This document shows, piece by piece, positions 21,053 through 30,963 of a stretch of 64,000 bases of DNA; the first letter of the stretch is position 1, and the number at the start of each line of letters is the position of its first letter. Below the pieces are notes generated by a model, which saw only the letters and a list, made by a program, of their open reading frames with translations, searched no databases and was not told the DNA's origin. A program made the translations under genes and the position numbers. This stretch comes from Candidatus Latescibacterota bacterium (GTDB taxonomy: Bacteria > Latescibacterota > UBA2968 > GCA-2709665). The stretch lies in the NCBI GenBank assembly GCA_965226795.1, contig CBDDDZ010000004.1, positions 608,001-672,000 of the forward strand, read 5' to 3'.

Positions 21053-22228
21053 TCATTTCTTGATCGTTTGCTGCTTCAACAACTGTATCTCCCGTTGGAG
21101 ACGAAGGAATTCCCGGTACAAGGCCTGGTTACCATGCTGCATTGAAAGCTGCGACGAGACCGAAAATGCGTCAAGACCGACTGGTGGAAATTCACTGGAT
21201 TCCACCGAGAGTTCGCCCACCTCGACGCGGGGAGTGTCCGGTTGTTCGCCTCGTTTGACCTTCATTCGAACCTCGGTTCCCGGAGTTGTGGAAAGGACCA
21301 TACTCTGTAAATGCTCGGCGCTTTCCACCTGCCGCTCCTGGAACGAAATTATCAGATCGCCCCTCACGATACCACTCGTCGCCGCAGGTCCGTTGGGCGC
21401 AATACTATCTACGCGCACGCCGTGGTATTCGGGATCGTATTCTCCAGTAACGCCCAGCCATCCGTATACTGTCTGTGAACCATTTAGAAGACGCTGGGCA
21501 ATGCGAATCGCACGGTTGATAGGCACCACGAATACGGTGTTTGGAATCTCCTGTACCATTTGGGCGCCCGGAGCCCCTTCGGGCAAAATACCGGACCACG
21601 GCTCCAACAACGCCCAAACCATGCCCAAAATCTCTCCAGAACTGCAAAATACCGGTGCGCCACCAAAGCTGAGGTGCACCGGTGCCGCGACACGAATCAG
21701 ATCCTGCGTGCGGTCGACATTGTAAACGAAACCAAACGATGGCGTCAGTTTTCCAAAATTGTTACCCAGAATAAATGCATAGTGGCCAATGCGGACCCTG
21801 TCGGAATTCCCGATTGCGATCGGCTGCAGACCTTCCGCTTCAACCCGAATAACCGCCACATCCGAAACCGGATCCGATGCCACGAAACGGGCCTGTAGAC
21901 GACGCCCCGTACCCAGGGTCACCCAGATTTCCTCGGCATCTTTTACAGCACGATGGACGGTTATGATGGTGCCTTTGGAATCCAGGACAAATCCCGTGCC
22001 ATGCATGAAACCCTTACCGTACTGCAGCCCTTCCACCGCCCCCATTTGGGTATAGCTGGCATGAATGCGGACGACGCCGGCCCGGTTCTCTTCCAGAATC
22101 TCTGCTCTCTCTTCTTCGATTCCCTTGAGCACGCTACCGGCGCGGCAATCTGTCGCACCTTGCCCGGCAAACAGTAACCCCATCATTACGGGAACCGTCC
22201 ATAGGGATCTGCACCGTCGTGTTTTCAT
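21053..22228 (-). CDS. HtrA/DegP-like trypsin+PDZ protein with degenerate catalytic triad
   Basis: Signal peptide, GTGFV, SDVAVIRV, GWLGV PDZ loop; lacks TNxHV and GNSGG. Confidence 0.85.
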   Translation of the reverse strand: MKTRRCRSLWTVPVMMGLLFAGQGATDCRAGSVLKGIEEERAEILEENRAGVVRIHASYTQMGAVEGLQYGKGFMHGTGFVLDSKGTIITVHRAVKDAEEIWVTLGTGRRLQARFVASDPVSDVAVIRVEAEGLQPIAIGNSDRVRIGHYAFILGNNFGKLTPSFGFVYNVDRTQDLIRVAAPVHLSFGGAPVFCSSGEILGMVWALLEPWSGILPEGAPGAQMVQEIPNTVFVVPINRAIRIAQRLLNGSQTVYGWLGVTGEYDPEYHGVRVDSIAPNGPAATSGIVRGDLIISFQERQVESAEHLQSMVLSTTPGTEVRMKVKRGEQPDTPRVEVGELSVESSEFPPVGLDAFSVSSQLSMQHGNQALYREFLRLQREIQLLKQQTIKK

Positions 22229-22261
22229 TGTCCGTGTAGACTTTCTCTCCCTGAGGATTCG

Positions 22262-22864
22262 CTAAAAGGACACCCGGCGTAAGTTGGCCAGGTGCCTGCC
22301 CGGCCGCATACGCACCATTGACGCGGCCTTTACGGAATCCGCCCGCCCGGTCCGATAAACCTGTTCTGAAATCGGAAAGGATGTTTTCTGGGACAACATC
22401 TTCAGCGCCCCCCGCCGGTCCGCGGCGGGAAACGGCGAAAACGCGGGCGCAACCACCGTCAGTTGATGCACTCGATCCGTAGTGACCGCGCGTGTCTCCG
22501 GCGCCTCATCCAGTGCCGCGGTCATGCCGAGCGCCATCAGCACAACGGCCGCGGCCGATGCAAGCGCCCTTGGCAGGGTTGGGAAAAATACGTTTGGCAG
22601 CCTGTTCCAGAACGAAGTTTTTTGAGCCGCCTCCATCATCAGCCGGCTCCGAAGCGCAAAATCAAATCCGGCGGAAGGCCGTACACGGGACATCCGGGCC
22701 AGTCGCCGGGTCAGGTTCCTGACGCCTTCCATGGAATTGGCACAGGTGGGACATACTTCCACATGGCGATCCATCTGCGCCCGCTTTGCGCCTGCTACGT
22801 CGTCTTCAAGGTAGGCCGATAATCGGGCCGCAAACTCGCCGCAAGTTATGTGACCCTCACCCAT
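22262..22864 (-). CDS. Zinc-finger (zf-HC2) membrane anti-sigma factor
   Basis: C...LSAYLE...HVEVCPTC followed by one TM helix; next to an ECF sigma. Confidence 0.88.
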   Translation of the reverse strand: MGEGHITCGEFAARLSAYLEDDVAGAKRAQMDRHVEVCPTCANSMEGVRNLTRRLARMSRVRPSAGFDFALRSRLMMEAAQKTSFWNRLPNVFFPTLPRALASAAAVVLMALGMTAALDEAPETRAVTTDRVHQLTVVAPAFSPFPAADRRGALKMLSQKTSFPISEQVYRTGRADSVKAASMVRMRPGRHLANLRRVSF

Positions 22865-22930
22865 GAAATTCCTCCAATGGTTCTATTCGATTGCGAATGT
22901 CCGTGCGGTCCGGCAGACGGCGTCACGCTG

Positions 22931-23536
22931 TCAGATCAACAGCCCCACGTCCCTTCCCTCATTCTTCAGCTTTTGCTGCAGTTTCAGACGAGCCCGGTTC
23001 ACGCGAGACTTGACCGTGCCCACCGGACACCGGCTGATTTCTGCAATCTCCTGGTAGGACAGCCCCTCCACGTCCCGAAGCAGGATGACCTGCCGGTAGT
23101 TTTCGGACAACGACATGATGGCCTGATGAATCTGCACATCCGCAATCGAAGATTCGGTAATTCGATCAGGCCGGTAGGACTCGTCCGGTAATTCCATCCC
23201 CGTCTCGTTCTCCTCGTCCCGGTGAAGCGGAAACAGCCGCCAACGTTTTCGACGTCTTAACTCGCTCTTGGCCAGGTTGCCGGCAATTGTAAACAACCAC
23301 GTGGAGAAATTCGCTATCGCCCGATATTCGTTCCGCTTGCGATAAGCCCTGAGAAAAGCCTCCTGAACAATATCCTCGGCTGTCTCCCGGTCTCCGACGA
23401 ATCGAAAAACAAAGTTGTAGAGCCGTCCTCTGTAACGATTTACAATCTTTCCATAGGCTTCAATATCGCCATTCGCAACTTCCGTCAGAATTTCAACATC
23501 CGAAACCGTTCCGCTATCTGTGTTTACCATAAGCAT
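22931..23536 (-). CDS. ECF RNA polymerase sigma factor (RpoE/SigW-like)
   Basis: AEDIVQEAF, FSTWLFTIA, SYQEIAE, GTVKSRVNRAR. Confidence 0.95.
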   Translation of the reverse strand: MLMVNTDSGTVSDVEILTEVANGDIEAYGKIVNRYRGRLYNFVFRFVGDRETAEDIVQEAFLRAYRKRNEYRAIANFSTWLFTIAGNLAKSELRRRKRWRLFPLHRDEENETGMELPDESYRPDRITESSIADVQIHQAIMSLSENYRQVILLRDVEGLSYQEIAEISRCPVGTVKSRVNRARLKLQQKLKNEGRDVGLLI

Positions 23537-23704
23537 GGACTTTTCCCCCTTTCACCTGCAACATCCTCGGGAATGGGGTATGCAAAACCCTCAATCCAGA
23601 CGATCACCAAACAGCTATTAAACCCTCTGGTTTGAGAAAAGTTCCCGAAAAGCAAAAAATCACAACCGGTACGCAATACGCGGCAACTCGCCTTTGCTAA
23701 ACAC

Positions 23705-23973
23705 TTTCAACCGTTTCAAACCGAATGCACACCCGTCGCGTAACCATATATCAATACCTTCAACATCATCGATCTATACCGGATCGGAAGTACAACCGAT
23801 CAAACGACAACGAAATCCAGGAAAGAAAACAGCTGGATTTCCAGGCTCTCGATCCGGTTTCTCGGCTTGACATCGGCCCGGGATGTGGTATAATTATAGC
23901 CGTTCCATCGAGGAATTGCAAGACCTGTTTTACTGACGTCGAATCTGCGGTTTCAACCGTTTCAAACCGAATG
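23705..23973. repeat. 23-bp perfect direct repeat (23705-23727 and 23951-23973)
   Basis: TTTCAACCGTTTCAAACCGAATG occurs twice, flanking the acs promoter. Confidence 0.9.
23867..23894 (+). promoter_or_regulatory. Consensus sigma70 promoter of acs
   Basis: TTGACA-16 bp-TATAAT with extended TGn. Confidence 0.8.
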
Positions 23974-23985
23974 AAGGGGTCTTCA

Positions 23986-25986
23986 ATGGCTGCACATCCA
24001 GACCGGATTCTCGAACAGGGCGGACGATATTTCCCGCCTCAAGATCTCAGTGGCCGGGCGCATGTCAATAGTTTCGAAGAATACCAGCGGCGTTATCAGG
24101 AATCCATAAAGGACGTCGATGCATTCTGGGCTGACGTAGCAGGAGACTTCCACTGGTTCAGAAAATGGGATAACGTACGTGCATACAACTACAACGTCGA
24201 CGAAGGACCCGTCTACATCAAATGGTTTGAAGGTGCGAAGACCAGCATTGCCTACAATTGCCTCGACCGTCACCTGGAAACACGGGGAGATCAGGTTGCG
24301 ATCATCTGGGAAGGCAATGAACCGGGTGAAGACGGCAGGCTGACGTACCGGGAACTCCACCATCAGGTCTGCAAATTCGCCAACGTGCTTAAGTCTCGAG
24401 GCGTGAGAAAGGGAGACCGCGTTTCCATATATATGCCAATGATCCCCGAACTGGCCATCGCGATGCTCGCCTGCGCCAGGATCGGCGCAATACACTCGAT
24501 CGTTTTCGGCGGCTTTTCCGCGGATGCGCTTGCCGACCGCATTGTCGATTCCACCTGCCAGGTGGTCGTTACGACCGACGGCATGTTTCGAGGCGACAGA
24601 CCGATGGAGCGTAAGGCGTTTGCCGATCACGCCATCGCCAATGCCGACGGACGTATGGATGGCAAAACCGTAGATACCTGCATTGTCGTCCGCCGCGTGG
24701 GCGAACACGCGGGTATTTCCTGCCCCATGAAGGACGGCAGAGACATCTGGTGGCACGAAGCCATGGATACCGCCAGCCCGGATTGTCCGTGTGAAGAGAT
24801 GGACGCGGAAGACCCGCTATACATCCTGTATACGTCGGGGTCCACAGGCAAACCCAAGGGCGTGCAGCACAATGTGGGCGGATATATGGTATACACCGCC
24901 TACACCCACAAAAGCATCTTCGACTATCACAATGGCGACATTTATTTCTGCGCTGCCGATATCGGCTGGGTTACCGGACACTCATATATCATCTACGGTC
25001 CATTGGCGAACGGGGCTACGTCGGTCATGTTCGAAAGCACTCCCCTATATCCCGATCCGGGGCGGTACTGGCAGGTGATCGACAAATACGAAGTCAATCA
25101 GTTCTATACGGCGCCCACGGCGATTCGGGCAGTTGCCAAAGAGGGCGAAGCGTGGCCGGCCAGATACGACCTCTCCTCCCTGAAGCTTCTGGGGACCGTC
25201 GGCGAGCCCATCAACCCGGAAGCCTGGCTCTGGTACCACAACAACGTGGGTCGAGGCCGGTGTCCGATCGTCGACACCTGGTGGCAAACCGAAACCGGCG
25301 GCATCCTCATCACCCCGCTTCCGGGCGCAACCGCCACGAAGCCCGGATCCGCAACCTTTCCCTTCTTCGGCATCAAACCAGTCGTACTCGACCCGGAGTC
25401 GGGCAGTGAACTGGAGGGTAACGACGTCCGGGGCGTCCTCGCCATTGCGGAACCCTGGCCGGGGCAGATGCGCACCGTTTACGGCGACCACCAACGCTTC
25501 GAGGAAACTTACTTCCAGCAATACAAAGGCTATTATTTCACCGGCGACGGCTGCCGCAGGGACGAAGACGGCTATTACTGGATTACCGGCCGGGTGGATG
25601 ACGTCATCAACATCTCCGGGCACCGCATGGGTACGGCCGAGGTCGAATCCGCGCTGGTCTCTCACCAGGGCGTGGCTGAAGCGGCTGTGGTGGGTTTCCC
25701 CCACGAAATCAAGGGTCAGGGAATCTATGCCTACGTAACCCTGAACGTCGGCGTGGAATACATCGATGCGTTGAAGGAAGAACTGAAGGCATGGGTTCGA
25801 AAAGAGATCGGTCCCATCGCCACACCCGACGTGATCCACTGGGCGCCGGGATTGCCCAAAACCCGATCGGGAAAAATTATGCGCCGGATCCTGCGCAAAA
25901 TCGCCGCCGCCGACACCAGTGATATGGGCGACACGTCCACGCTTGCAGAACCGGCGGTTGTGGATCAACTCCTGGAGAATCGGTAG
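23986..25986 (+). CDS. acs: Acetyl-CoA synthetase
   Basis: [42 protein letters not shown]. Confidence 0.97.
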   Translation: MAAHPDRILEQGGRYFPPQDLSGRAHVNSFEEYQRRYQESIKDVDAFWADVAGDFHWFRKWDNVRAYNYNVDEGPVYIKWFEGAKTSIAYNCLDRHLETRGDQVAIIWEGNEPGEDGRLTYRELHHQVCKFANVLKSRGVRKGDRVSIYMPMIPELAIAMLACARIGAIHSIVFGGFSADALADRIVDSTCQVVVTTDGMFRGDRPMERKAFADHAIANADGRMDGKTVDTCIVVRRVGEHAGISCPMKDGRDIWWHEAMDTASPDCPCEEMDAEDPLYILYTSGSTGKPKGVQHNVGGYMVYTAYTHKSIFDYHNGDIYFCAADIGWVTGHSYIIYGPLANGATSVMFESTPLYPDPGRYWQVIDKYEVNQFYTAPTAIRAVAKEGEAWPARYDLSSLKLLGTVGEPINPEAWLWYHNNVGRGRCPIVDTWWQTETGGILITPLPGATATKPGSATFPFFGIKPVVLDPESGSELEGNDVRGVLAIAEPWPGQMRTVYGDHQRFEETYFQQYKGYYFTGDGCRRDEDGYYWITGRVDDVINISGHRMGTAEVESALVSHQGVAEAAVVGFPHEIKGQGIYAYVTLNVGVEYIDALKEELKAWVRKEIGPIATPDVIHWAPGLPKTRSGKIMRRILRKIAAADTSDMGDTSTLAEPAVVDQLLENR

Positions 25987-26008
25987 GAAAACAGCCAATA
26001 CGCGCTCA

Positions 26009-26046
26009 GTCACGAGGGAGCCGGATGGCTCCCTCGTGACGTTTTT
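26009..26046 (+). terminator. Intrinsic terminator
   Basis: GTCACGAGGGAGCC/GGCTCCCTCGTGAC stem followed by a T-run. Confidence 0.8.
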
Positions 26047-26068
26047 GTGAGAAGGGCCCCGCCCCGGA

Positions 26069-26776
26069 ATGAACCCCTTGCCCCGGAAATCCCTGCTCCT
26101 GCTCTCCGGCGGCATGGATTCAACGACCCTGCTCTGGTGGATGCGAGACCACAGCATTTCCGAGATTCACACCGTCTCGATCGACTATGGCCAGCGCCAC
26201 GCTATCGAACTCGAATCCAGCGCAACACTCTCCCGGATGGCGGGCGCAACCTCCCACCGTTGTCTCAAAGTCGACCTTCGGCAGATCGGCGGGAATCCGC
26301 TGACGGATACGGGACGTCCGGTTCCCGAAGCGGAACAGGATCGGCAGGCTCTAACCGTTGTCCCGTTCCGCAACATGCTTTTTGTCACGCTGGCTGCCGC
26401 GTGGGCAGAGGTGAAGGGTTGCAAGGATCTCTTTCTCTCGCCGGTACGGGACGACTTTAAAATCTACCGGGACTGCCGTCGCGAATTTTACGATATGCTG
26501 GAGAAGACCCTGTGCCTGGGCGCCACACGGCAGACCGACTACCATATCCATACCCCATTTGTGGAGAAATGGAAGGACGAAGTCGTGAGCACGGGCCTGA
26601 ACCTGGGTGTGCCCTACGCCGAGACCCACACCTGCTACGAAGGCAAACGCCCGGCCTGCGGCCGTTGCGACGCCTGCGTGGAACGCATCGCCGCCTTTCG
26701 CACCAATCGCACCGTCGATCCCCTGGCCTACGAAATCGAAATCGACTGGACAATATCCCACGCACCGCATCAATAG
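26069..26776 (+). CDS. queC: 7-cyano-7-deazaguanine synthase
   Basis: SGGMDS, YGQRH, VPFRN, DCR, TCY...CGRCDAC. Confidence 0.95.
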   Translation: MNPLPRKSLLLLSGGMDSTTLLWWMRDHSISEIHTVSIDYGQRHAIELESSATLSRMAGATSHRCLKVDLRQIGGNPLTDTGRPVPEAEQDRQALTVVPFRNMLFVTLAAAWAEVKGCKDLFLSPVRDDFKIYRDCRREFYDMLEKTLCLGATRQTDYHIHTPFVEKWKDEVVSTGLNLGVPYAETHTCYEGKRPACGRCDACVERIAAFRTNRTVDPLAYEIEIDWTISHAPHQ

Positions 26777-26806
26777 GCAACTCCGCGCGACGTTCCCCGT
26801 GCCGGA

Positions 26807-27937
26807 CTATGCGTTTTTCAACGCCGTTACGGTGTCGATCAGACGCCGATCCGCATTGTACCGCAGTTGGACAATCTGAACGAGTGTCTCCGGACTGGCG
26901 TCCTTGGCCGTCAACCGATAGACCTCGAGTCTGTCCGCCAACGCGTTCATAACCATGTCGAGCAGGATGACGTCTGATGCATCGTCCTCGACCATACATT
27001 CATCCGCAAGCACACGGCGAACTACCTTCAGGCGGTCCCGCAACGCCTCCTCGTCTATCTCCTCGACCTTGTCTCGACTGACCAGTGGGGTGGAAAGCGT
27101 CGCCAGAAACCCTTCGCTCAGATATTTGCGGGCTTTCTCGTCGGTCCAGGTGTCCGTCAGAATTTCCACGACGGACTGCGGGATCCGCTCTGCCCGCTCC
27201 CGGCTTTCAGCGGTCCCACCGCTTTCGTTCTGCCGGCGCGGCTGCCGGCGCCTTCTCGTTCGGCGATGTTCCTGCGAAGCGCCCCTTGTGGGGGACTCCT
27301 GTGTCGTTTCAGCCGGGGTCTCCACGGGTGCGCCCGCTGCCGCATCGGGCGGTGACGTCGCCGCAGCCTCCGTGGTCTCCGATGATGGCTCCGCAGCGGA
27401 TTCCCTGGTGTTCGCCGGTTCAGGGGGCGTCGCGACTGCTTCCGCCGGTTCCGCCGGTTCAGGGGGCGTCGCGACTGCTTCCGCCGGTTCCGCCGGTTCA
27501 GGGGGCGTCGCGACTGCTTCCGCCGGTTCCGCCGCTTCCACGGTTATCTCAGCCTCTTTCTCGGATTGATTCAGCTGCGTGTCCTCCGCTTGCACGCGTG
27601 TCGTGCGCTTCGTGGGCGTTGTTGAGCCCTGCGCCCGTTTCGCCGGCCGTCGCGATACCACACGCTTCTCCGGAACTTCCGCCGTTTTCTCGGTAGACTG
27701 ACCTGCATCTTCCGGGGCGTCAGCTTCGGGCTTCTCCCTTTTCTCCTCTACCGGCGTGGTTCGTCTACGAGTTGTCCTTTTCGGCTTCTTGCTGGCGCTT
27801 CGGGTACGCTTGGCCGGCCGCCGCGACACCACCCGCCTTTCAGAATCCGTGGAGTCGTCCTTCTTCTCCCCGTCCGGGGCTTCCGACACGGGTTGATCAT
27901 TTTCCCCAGATGGTGGGGAATCCAAAATATCGTCCAT
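26807..27937 (-). CDS. Hypothetical protein, long low-complexity region plus helical C-terminal domain
   Basis: GGAGG RBS before ATG 27937; R/K-rich motifs and EPAEAVATPPEPA repeats. Confidence 0.7.
   Translation of the reverse strand: MDDILDSPPSGENDQPVSEAPDGEKKDDSTDSERRVVSRRPAKRTRSASKKPKRTTRRRTTPVEEKREKPEADAPEDAGQSTEKTAEVPEKRVVSRRPAKRAQGSTTPTKRTTRVQAEDTQLNQSEKEAEITVEAAEPAEAVATPPEPAEPAEAVATPPEPAEPAEAVATPPEPANTRESAAEPSSETTEAAATSPPDAAAGAPVETPAETTQESPTRGASQEHRRTRRRRQPRRQNESGGTAESRERAERIPQSVVEILTDTWTDEKARKYLSEGFLATLSTPLVSRDKVEEIDEEALRDRLKVVRRVLADECMVEDDASDVILLDMVMNALADRLEVYRLTAKDASPETLVQIVQLRYNADRRLIDTVTALKNA
27413..27534. repeat. 39-bp in-frame tandem repeat, about 3 copies
   Basis: CGCCGGTTCAGGGGGCGTCGCGACTGCTTCCGCCGGTTC repeated. 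Confidence 0.95.
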
Positions 27938-28068
27938 ATACCTCCGTTCGAGCTGCAGACGACGCACAACAGACCATTTCGTCTCCAACCCACCACAATG
28001 TTGAACCTGCCCGAAAACATCAAGCCGACACACCAATATAAACAAATGTGATCATCGTTTACCAGATG

Positions 28069-28099
28069 AAAAAAGGTCGGCCAGTATCGGCCGACCTTT
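28069..28099 (-). terminator. Intrinsic terminator of groEL
   Basis: AAAGGTCGGCC/GGCCGACCTTT stem with a U-run on the minus strand. Confidence 0.85.
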
Positions 28100-28129
28100 G
28101 AACTCTAGACGGATATTACGGACAGGGCA

Positions 28130-29758
28130 CTAATAATGATCGTGGCCGTGGCCGTGATCCTGCGGCTTTTTTTCCTCTTCCGGAACTTCCGTTACCAGCG
28201 CTTCCGTTGTCAGCAGAAGCCCGGCAATGCTGGCCGCATTCTCAACCGCGGAACGCACAACCTTGGTGGGATCCGCTACGCCGGATTCGATCAGGTTTTC
28301 GTAGGTTTCGGTAAGCGCGTTGAATCCGAAGGCGCCATCTCCCTCTTTCACCCGCTGCACAACCAGGCTGCCCTCGTGGCCCGCGTTATCGGCAATCTTC
28401 CTCAGGGGCGCTTCCAGCGCCTTGCTGAGAAGGTCCACGCCCGTCTTCTGATCCCTGCGAACCCGGCTGCGCACCGTGTCCAGCGACAAAATACATCTCA
28501 AGAGGGCTACGCCGCCGCCAGGCACAATTCCTTCCGCCACAGCCGCCCGGGTCGCGTGCAGGGCATCTTCCACTCTCGCCTTCTTTTCTTTCATTTCGGT
28601 TTCGGTCGCGGCTCCGACGTTCACCACTGCCACGCCGCCGGCCAGCTTGGCGAGTCGCTCCTGGAGTTTTTCCCGGTCGTAGTCCGAGGTTGTCTCCTCA
28701 ATTTGCATGCGAATCTGGCTGACGCGTCCCTGGATGTCGTCAGTCGACCCCGCGCCTTCCACAATTGTCGTATTGTCCTTGTCAATAACGATCCGCTTGG
28801 CCTGCCCCAGATCGTCGAGCTGGATATTTTCAAGTTTAATGCCCAGATCTTCGGAAATTACCCTGCCGCCGGTGAGAATGGCGATATCGGTAAGCATCTC
28901 CTTCCGGCGGTCGCCGTAGCCGGGCGCTTTTACCGCCGCCGCTCTAATGGTCCCCCGGACTTTATTCACAACAAAGGTCGCCAGCGCCTCACCCTCGACG
29001 TCTTCGGCGATCACCAATAACGCTCTGCCCGTTTGCGCCGTTTTCTCCAGCAACGGAAGGAGATCTTTCATGTTGGACAGCTTTTTCTCGTGGATGAGGA
29101 GGTAGGCATCTTCCAGAACCGCTTCCATATTGTCCTGGTCGGTTACAAAATACGGCGAAATATAACCTCGATCGAACTGCATGCCTTCCACCACGTCCAG
29201 CGTCGTCTCGATCGACTTGGCTTCTTCGACCGTTATCGTACCGTCTTTGCCCACCTTCTCCATGGAATCGGCGATAATTTCACCTATACCGCTGTCGTTG
29301 TTGGCTGAGATCATTGCCACCTGGGCGATCTCCTTGCGACCCTTGACCTCCTGTGACTGTGCCTTTAACGCATCGATCACGGCCCTGACGCCCTCGTCGA
29401 TTCCCCGCTTGATATCCATTGGGTTGGCTCCGGCCGTCACGTTCTTGAGCCCCTCGCTATAGATGGCTTCTGCGAGCACTGTGGCAGTGGTGGTGCCGTC
29501 ACCTGCCACGTCTGACGTCTTGGAAGCCACCTCTTTCACCATCTGGGCGCCCATATTCTCGTAGGGATCAGGCAGTTCAATCTCTTTGGCTACCGTGACT
29601 CCGTCTTTGGTTACGGTTGGCGAACCCCATTTCTTGCCCAGAACGACGTTCCGGCCACGGGGGCCCAGCGTCGCTTTCACGGCTTTACTCAGGATGCGCA
29701 CGCCATCGAGAACCTTTGACCGGGCGTCAATCCCGTAGCTCAGTTGCTTGGCTGCCAT
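28130..29758 (-). CDS. groL: Chaperonin GroEL
   Basis: [24 protein letters not shown]; His-rich tail. Confidence 0.99.
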   Translation of the reverse strand: MAAKQLSYGIDARSKVLDGVRILSKAVKATLGPRGRNVVLGKKWGSPTVTKDGVTVAKEIELPDPYENMGAQMVKEVASKTSDVAGDGTTTATVLAEAIYSEGLKNVTAGANPMDIKRGIDEGVRAVIDALKAQSQEVKGRKEIAQVAMISANNDSGIGEIIADSMEKVGKDGTITVEEAKSIETTLDVVEGMQFDRGYISPYFVTDQDNMEAVLEDAYLLIHEKKLSNMKDLLPLLEKTAQTGRALLVIAEDVEGEALATFVVNKVRGTIRAAAVKAPGYGDRRKEMLTDIAILTGGRVISEDLGIKLENIQLDDLGQAKRIVIDKDNTTIVEGAGSTDDIQGRVSQIRMQIEETTSDYDREKLQERLAKLAGGVAVVNVGAATETEMKEKKARVEDALHATRAAVAEGIVPGGGVALLRCILSLDTVRSRVRRDQKTGVDLLSKALEAPLRKIADNAGHEGSLVVQRVKEGDGAFGFNALTETYENLIESGVADPTKVVRSAVENAASIAGLLLTTEALVTEVPEEEKKPQDHGHGHDHY

Positions 29759-29896
29759 TATGACCCTCCTAATTGCGGTTAAGTACGAAAACGGTACCGA
29801 TTCCGGGGATTCTGTTCCCCCTTACCCTTCAGACACATCCCATCCGTGCCCGGCTCGAATCAGGACACGCATAATTGCGTTGTCCGTGACTGTTTA

Positions 29897-30187
29897 TTAT
29901 TCCAGGATTCCCAGAATATCGTCTTCCGACGCGATTACAAGCTCCTCTCCGCCCACCTCCACATCGGTGCCGGCATATTGGCCAATGAGGACACGGTTGC
30001 CAATACCCACCGAAACCGGTACCGGATCGCCGGTTTTGTCGTTGACTTTGCCCGGCCCGACCGCGACGACCTCGGCTTCGAGTGGTTTTTCTTTGGCCGT
30101 ATCTGGAATAATGATGCCGCCCTGGACCTGTACATTGGCTTCAATCCGCCGTAGAAGTACCCGGTCGGCAAGAGGCTTCACCGTCAT
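29897..30187 (-). CDS. groS: Co-chaperonin GroES
   Basis: VKPLADRV, GGIIIPDTAKEKP; GGGGAG RBS. Confidence 0.97.
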   Translation of the reverse strand: MTVKPLADRVLLRRIEANVQVQGGIIIPDTAKEKPLEAEVVAVGPGKVNDKTGDPVPVSVGIGNRVLIGQYAGTDVEVGGEELVIASEDDILGILE

Positions 30188-30253
30188 CAGCTCCCCCTTC
30201 GCAAGAATGGCGTTTACGTTAACCCGTTTATTTATAGATATTTTATCCAATTA

Positions 30254-30280
30254 TTAGCACTCATTGTGCTCGAGTGCTAA
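30254..30280. promoter_or_regulatory. CIRCE element (HrcA operator)
   Basis: Perfect TTAGCACTC-N9-GAGTGCTAA upstream of groES. Confidence 0.97.
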
Positions 30281-30287
30281 TAGGACA

Positions 30288-30316
30288 AATATACAAGCTT
30301 TGATTTCATGGCGCAA
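30288..30316 (-). promoter_or_regulatory. groESL sigma70 promoter
   Basis: TTGCGC-17 bp-TATATT just upstream of CIRCE. Confidence 0.65.
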
Positions 30317-30415
30317 GGACAAATTCCCGAACTGAACAAAAAAGCGCATTACGACTGGTAATGCGCTTCGACCGAATTCCGCCGGTTCGTCTTATGTTAG
30401 TCCGTGATGCTCCGC

Positions 30416-30892
30416 CTAATTTATCGAACTCCTCAGCAGCTTTTTCTTCCGTGCGATCCGCTTCTCCAGGTGTTCTATTTCAGCCTCCAGCAGTTCGGGG
30501 AGATCCAGATCGTCGGCTTCTTCGGGCGGCGGCGGGTGTTCCGACGGAAGGGCGGCATCCGCCCAGTCTTCGTACCCGCCCGCCATCGAAATCACCCACT
30601 CATAGCCCAATTCCTTCAAAGACTCCGCGGCCAGCAGTGAACGTACCCCGCCAGCGCAATACACCACCACTTCCCTGGACTTATCGGGAATCCTGGATTC
30701 AGCCTCCGCTTCCAGGCGACCTCGCGGAATGTGAACGGCCCCCTGTAAATGTCCCGACTCCCATTCTTCCAGGGCGCGCACATCCAACAGGACCGGGCTC
30801 TCGCCGCTTTCAAGATGGCTGTGCACCTCCTGTACGCTCATCTCCGGAATCTCCCTGCGGGCTTCACTCAACAGGTCATCTCGGGATTTCAT
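30416..30892 (-). CDS. Rhodanese-domain protein
   Basis: LLDVR..EW..GHL.GA, YCAGGVRS, MAGGY..W; coiled-coil-like tail. Confidence 0.9.
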   Translation of the reverse strand: MKSRDDLLSEARREIPEMSVQEVHSHLESGESPVLLDVRALEEWESGHLQGAVHIPRGRLEAEAESRIPDKSREVVVYCAGGVRSLLAAESLKELGYEWVISMAGGYEDWADAALPSEHPPPPEEADDLDLPELLEAEIEHLEKRIARKKKLLRSSIN

Positions 30893-30963
30893 CGCCTCTG
30901 AGCTCCTTTGTGTCGTTTTTCCGGGTTTCGTTTCAAACTGAAATGACTCCACTGCGTTGGTTC

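Noticed and set aside
27413..27534. Tandem repeat as a CRISPR array
   Set aside because: No spacers, in-frame coding, no cas genes.
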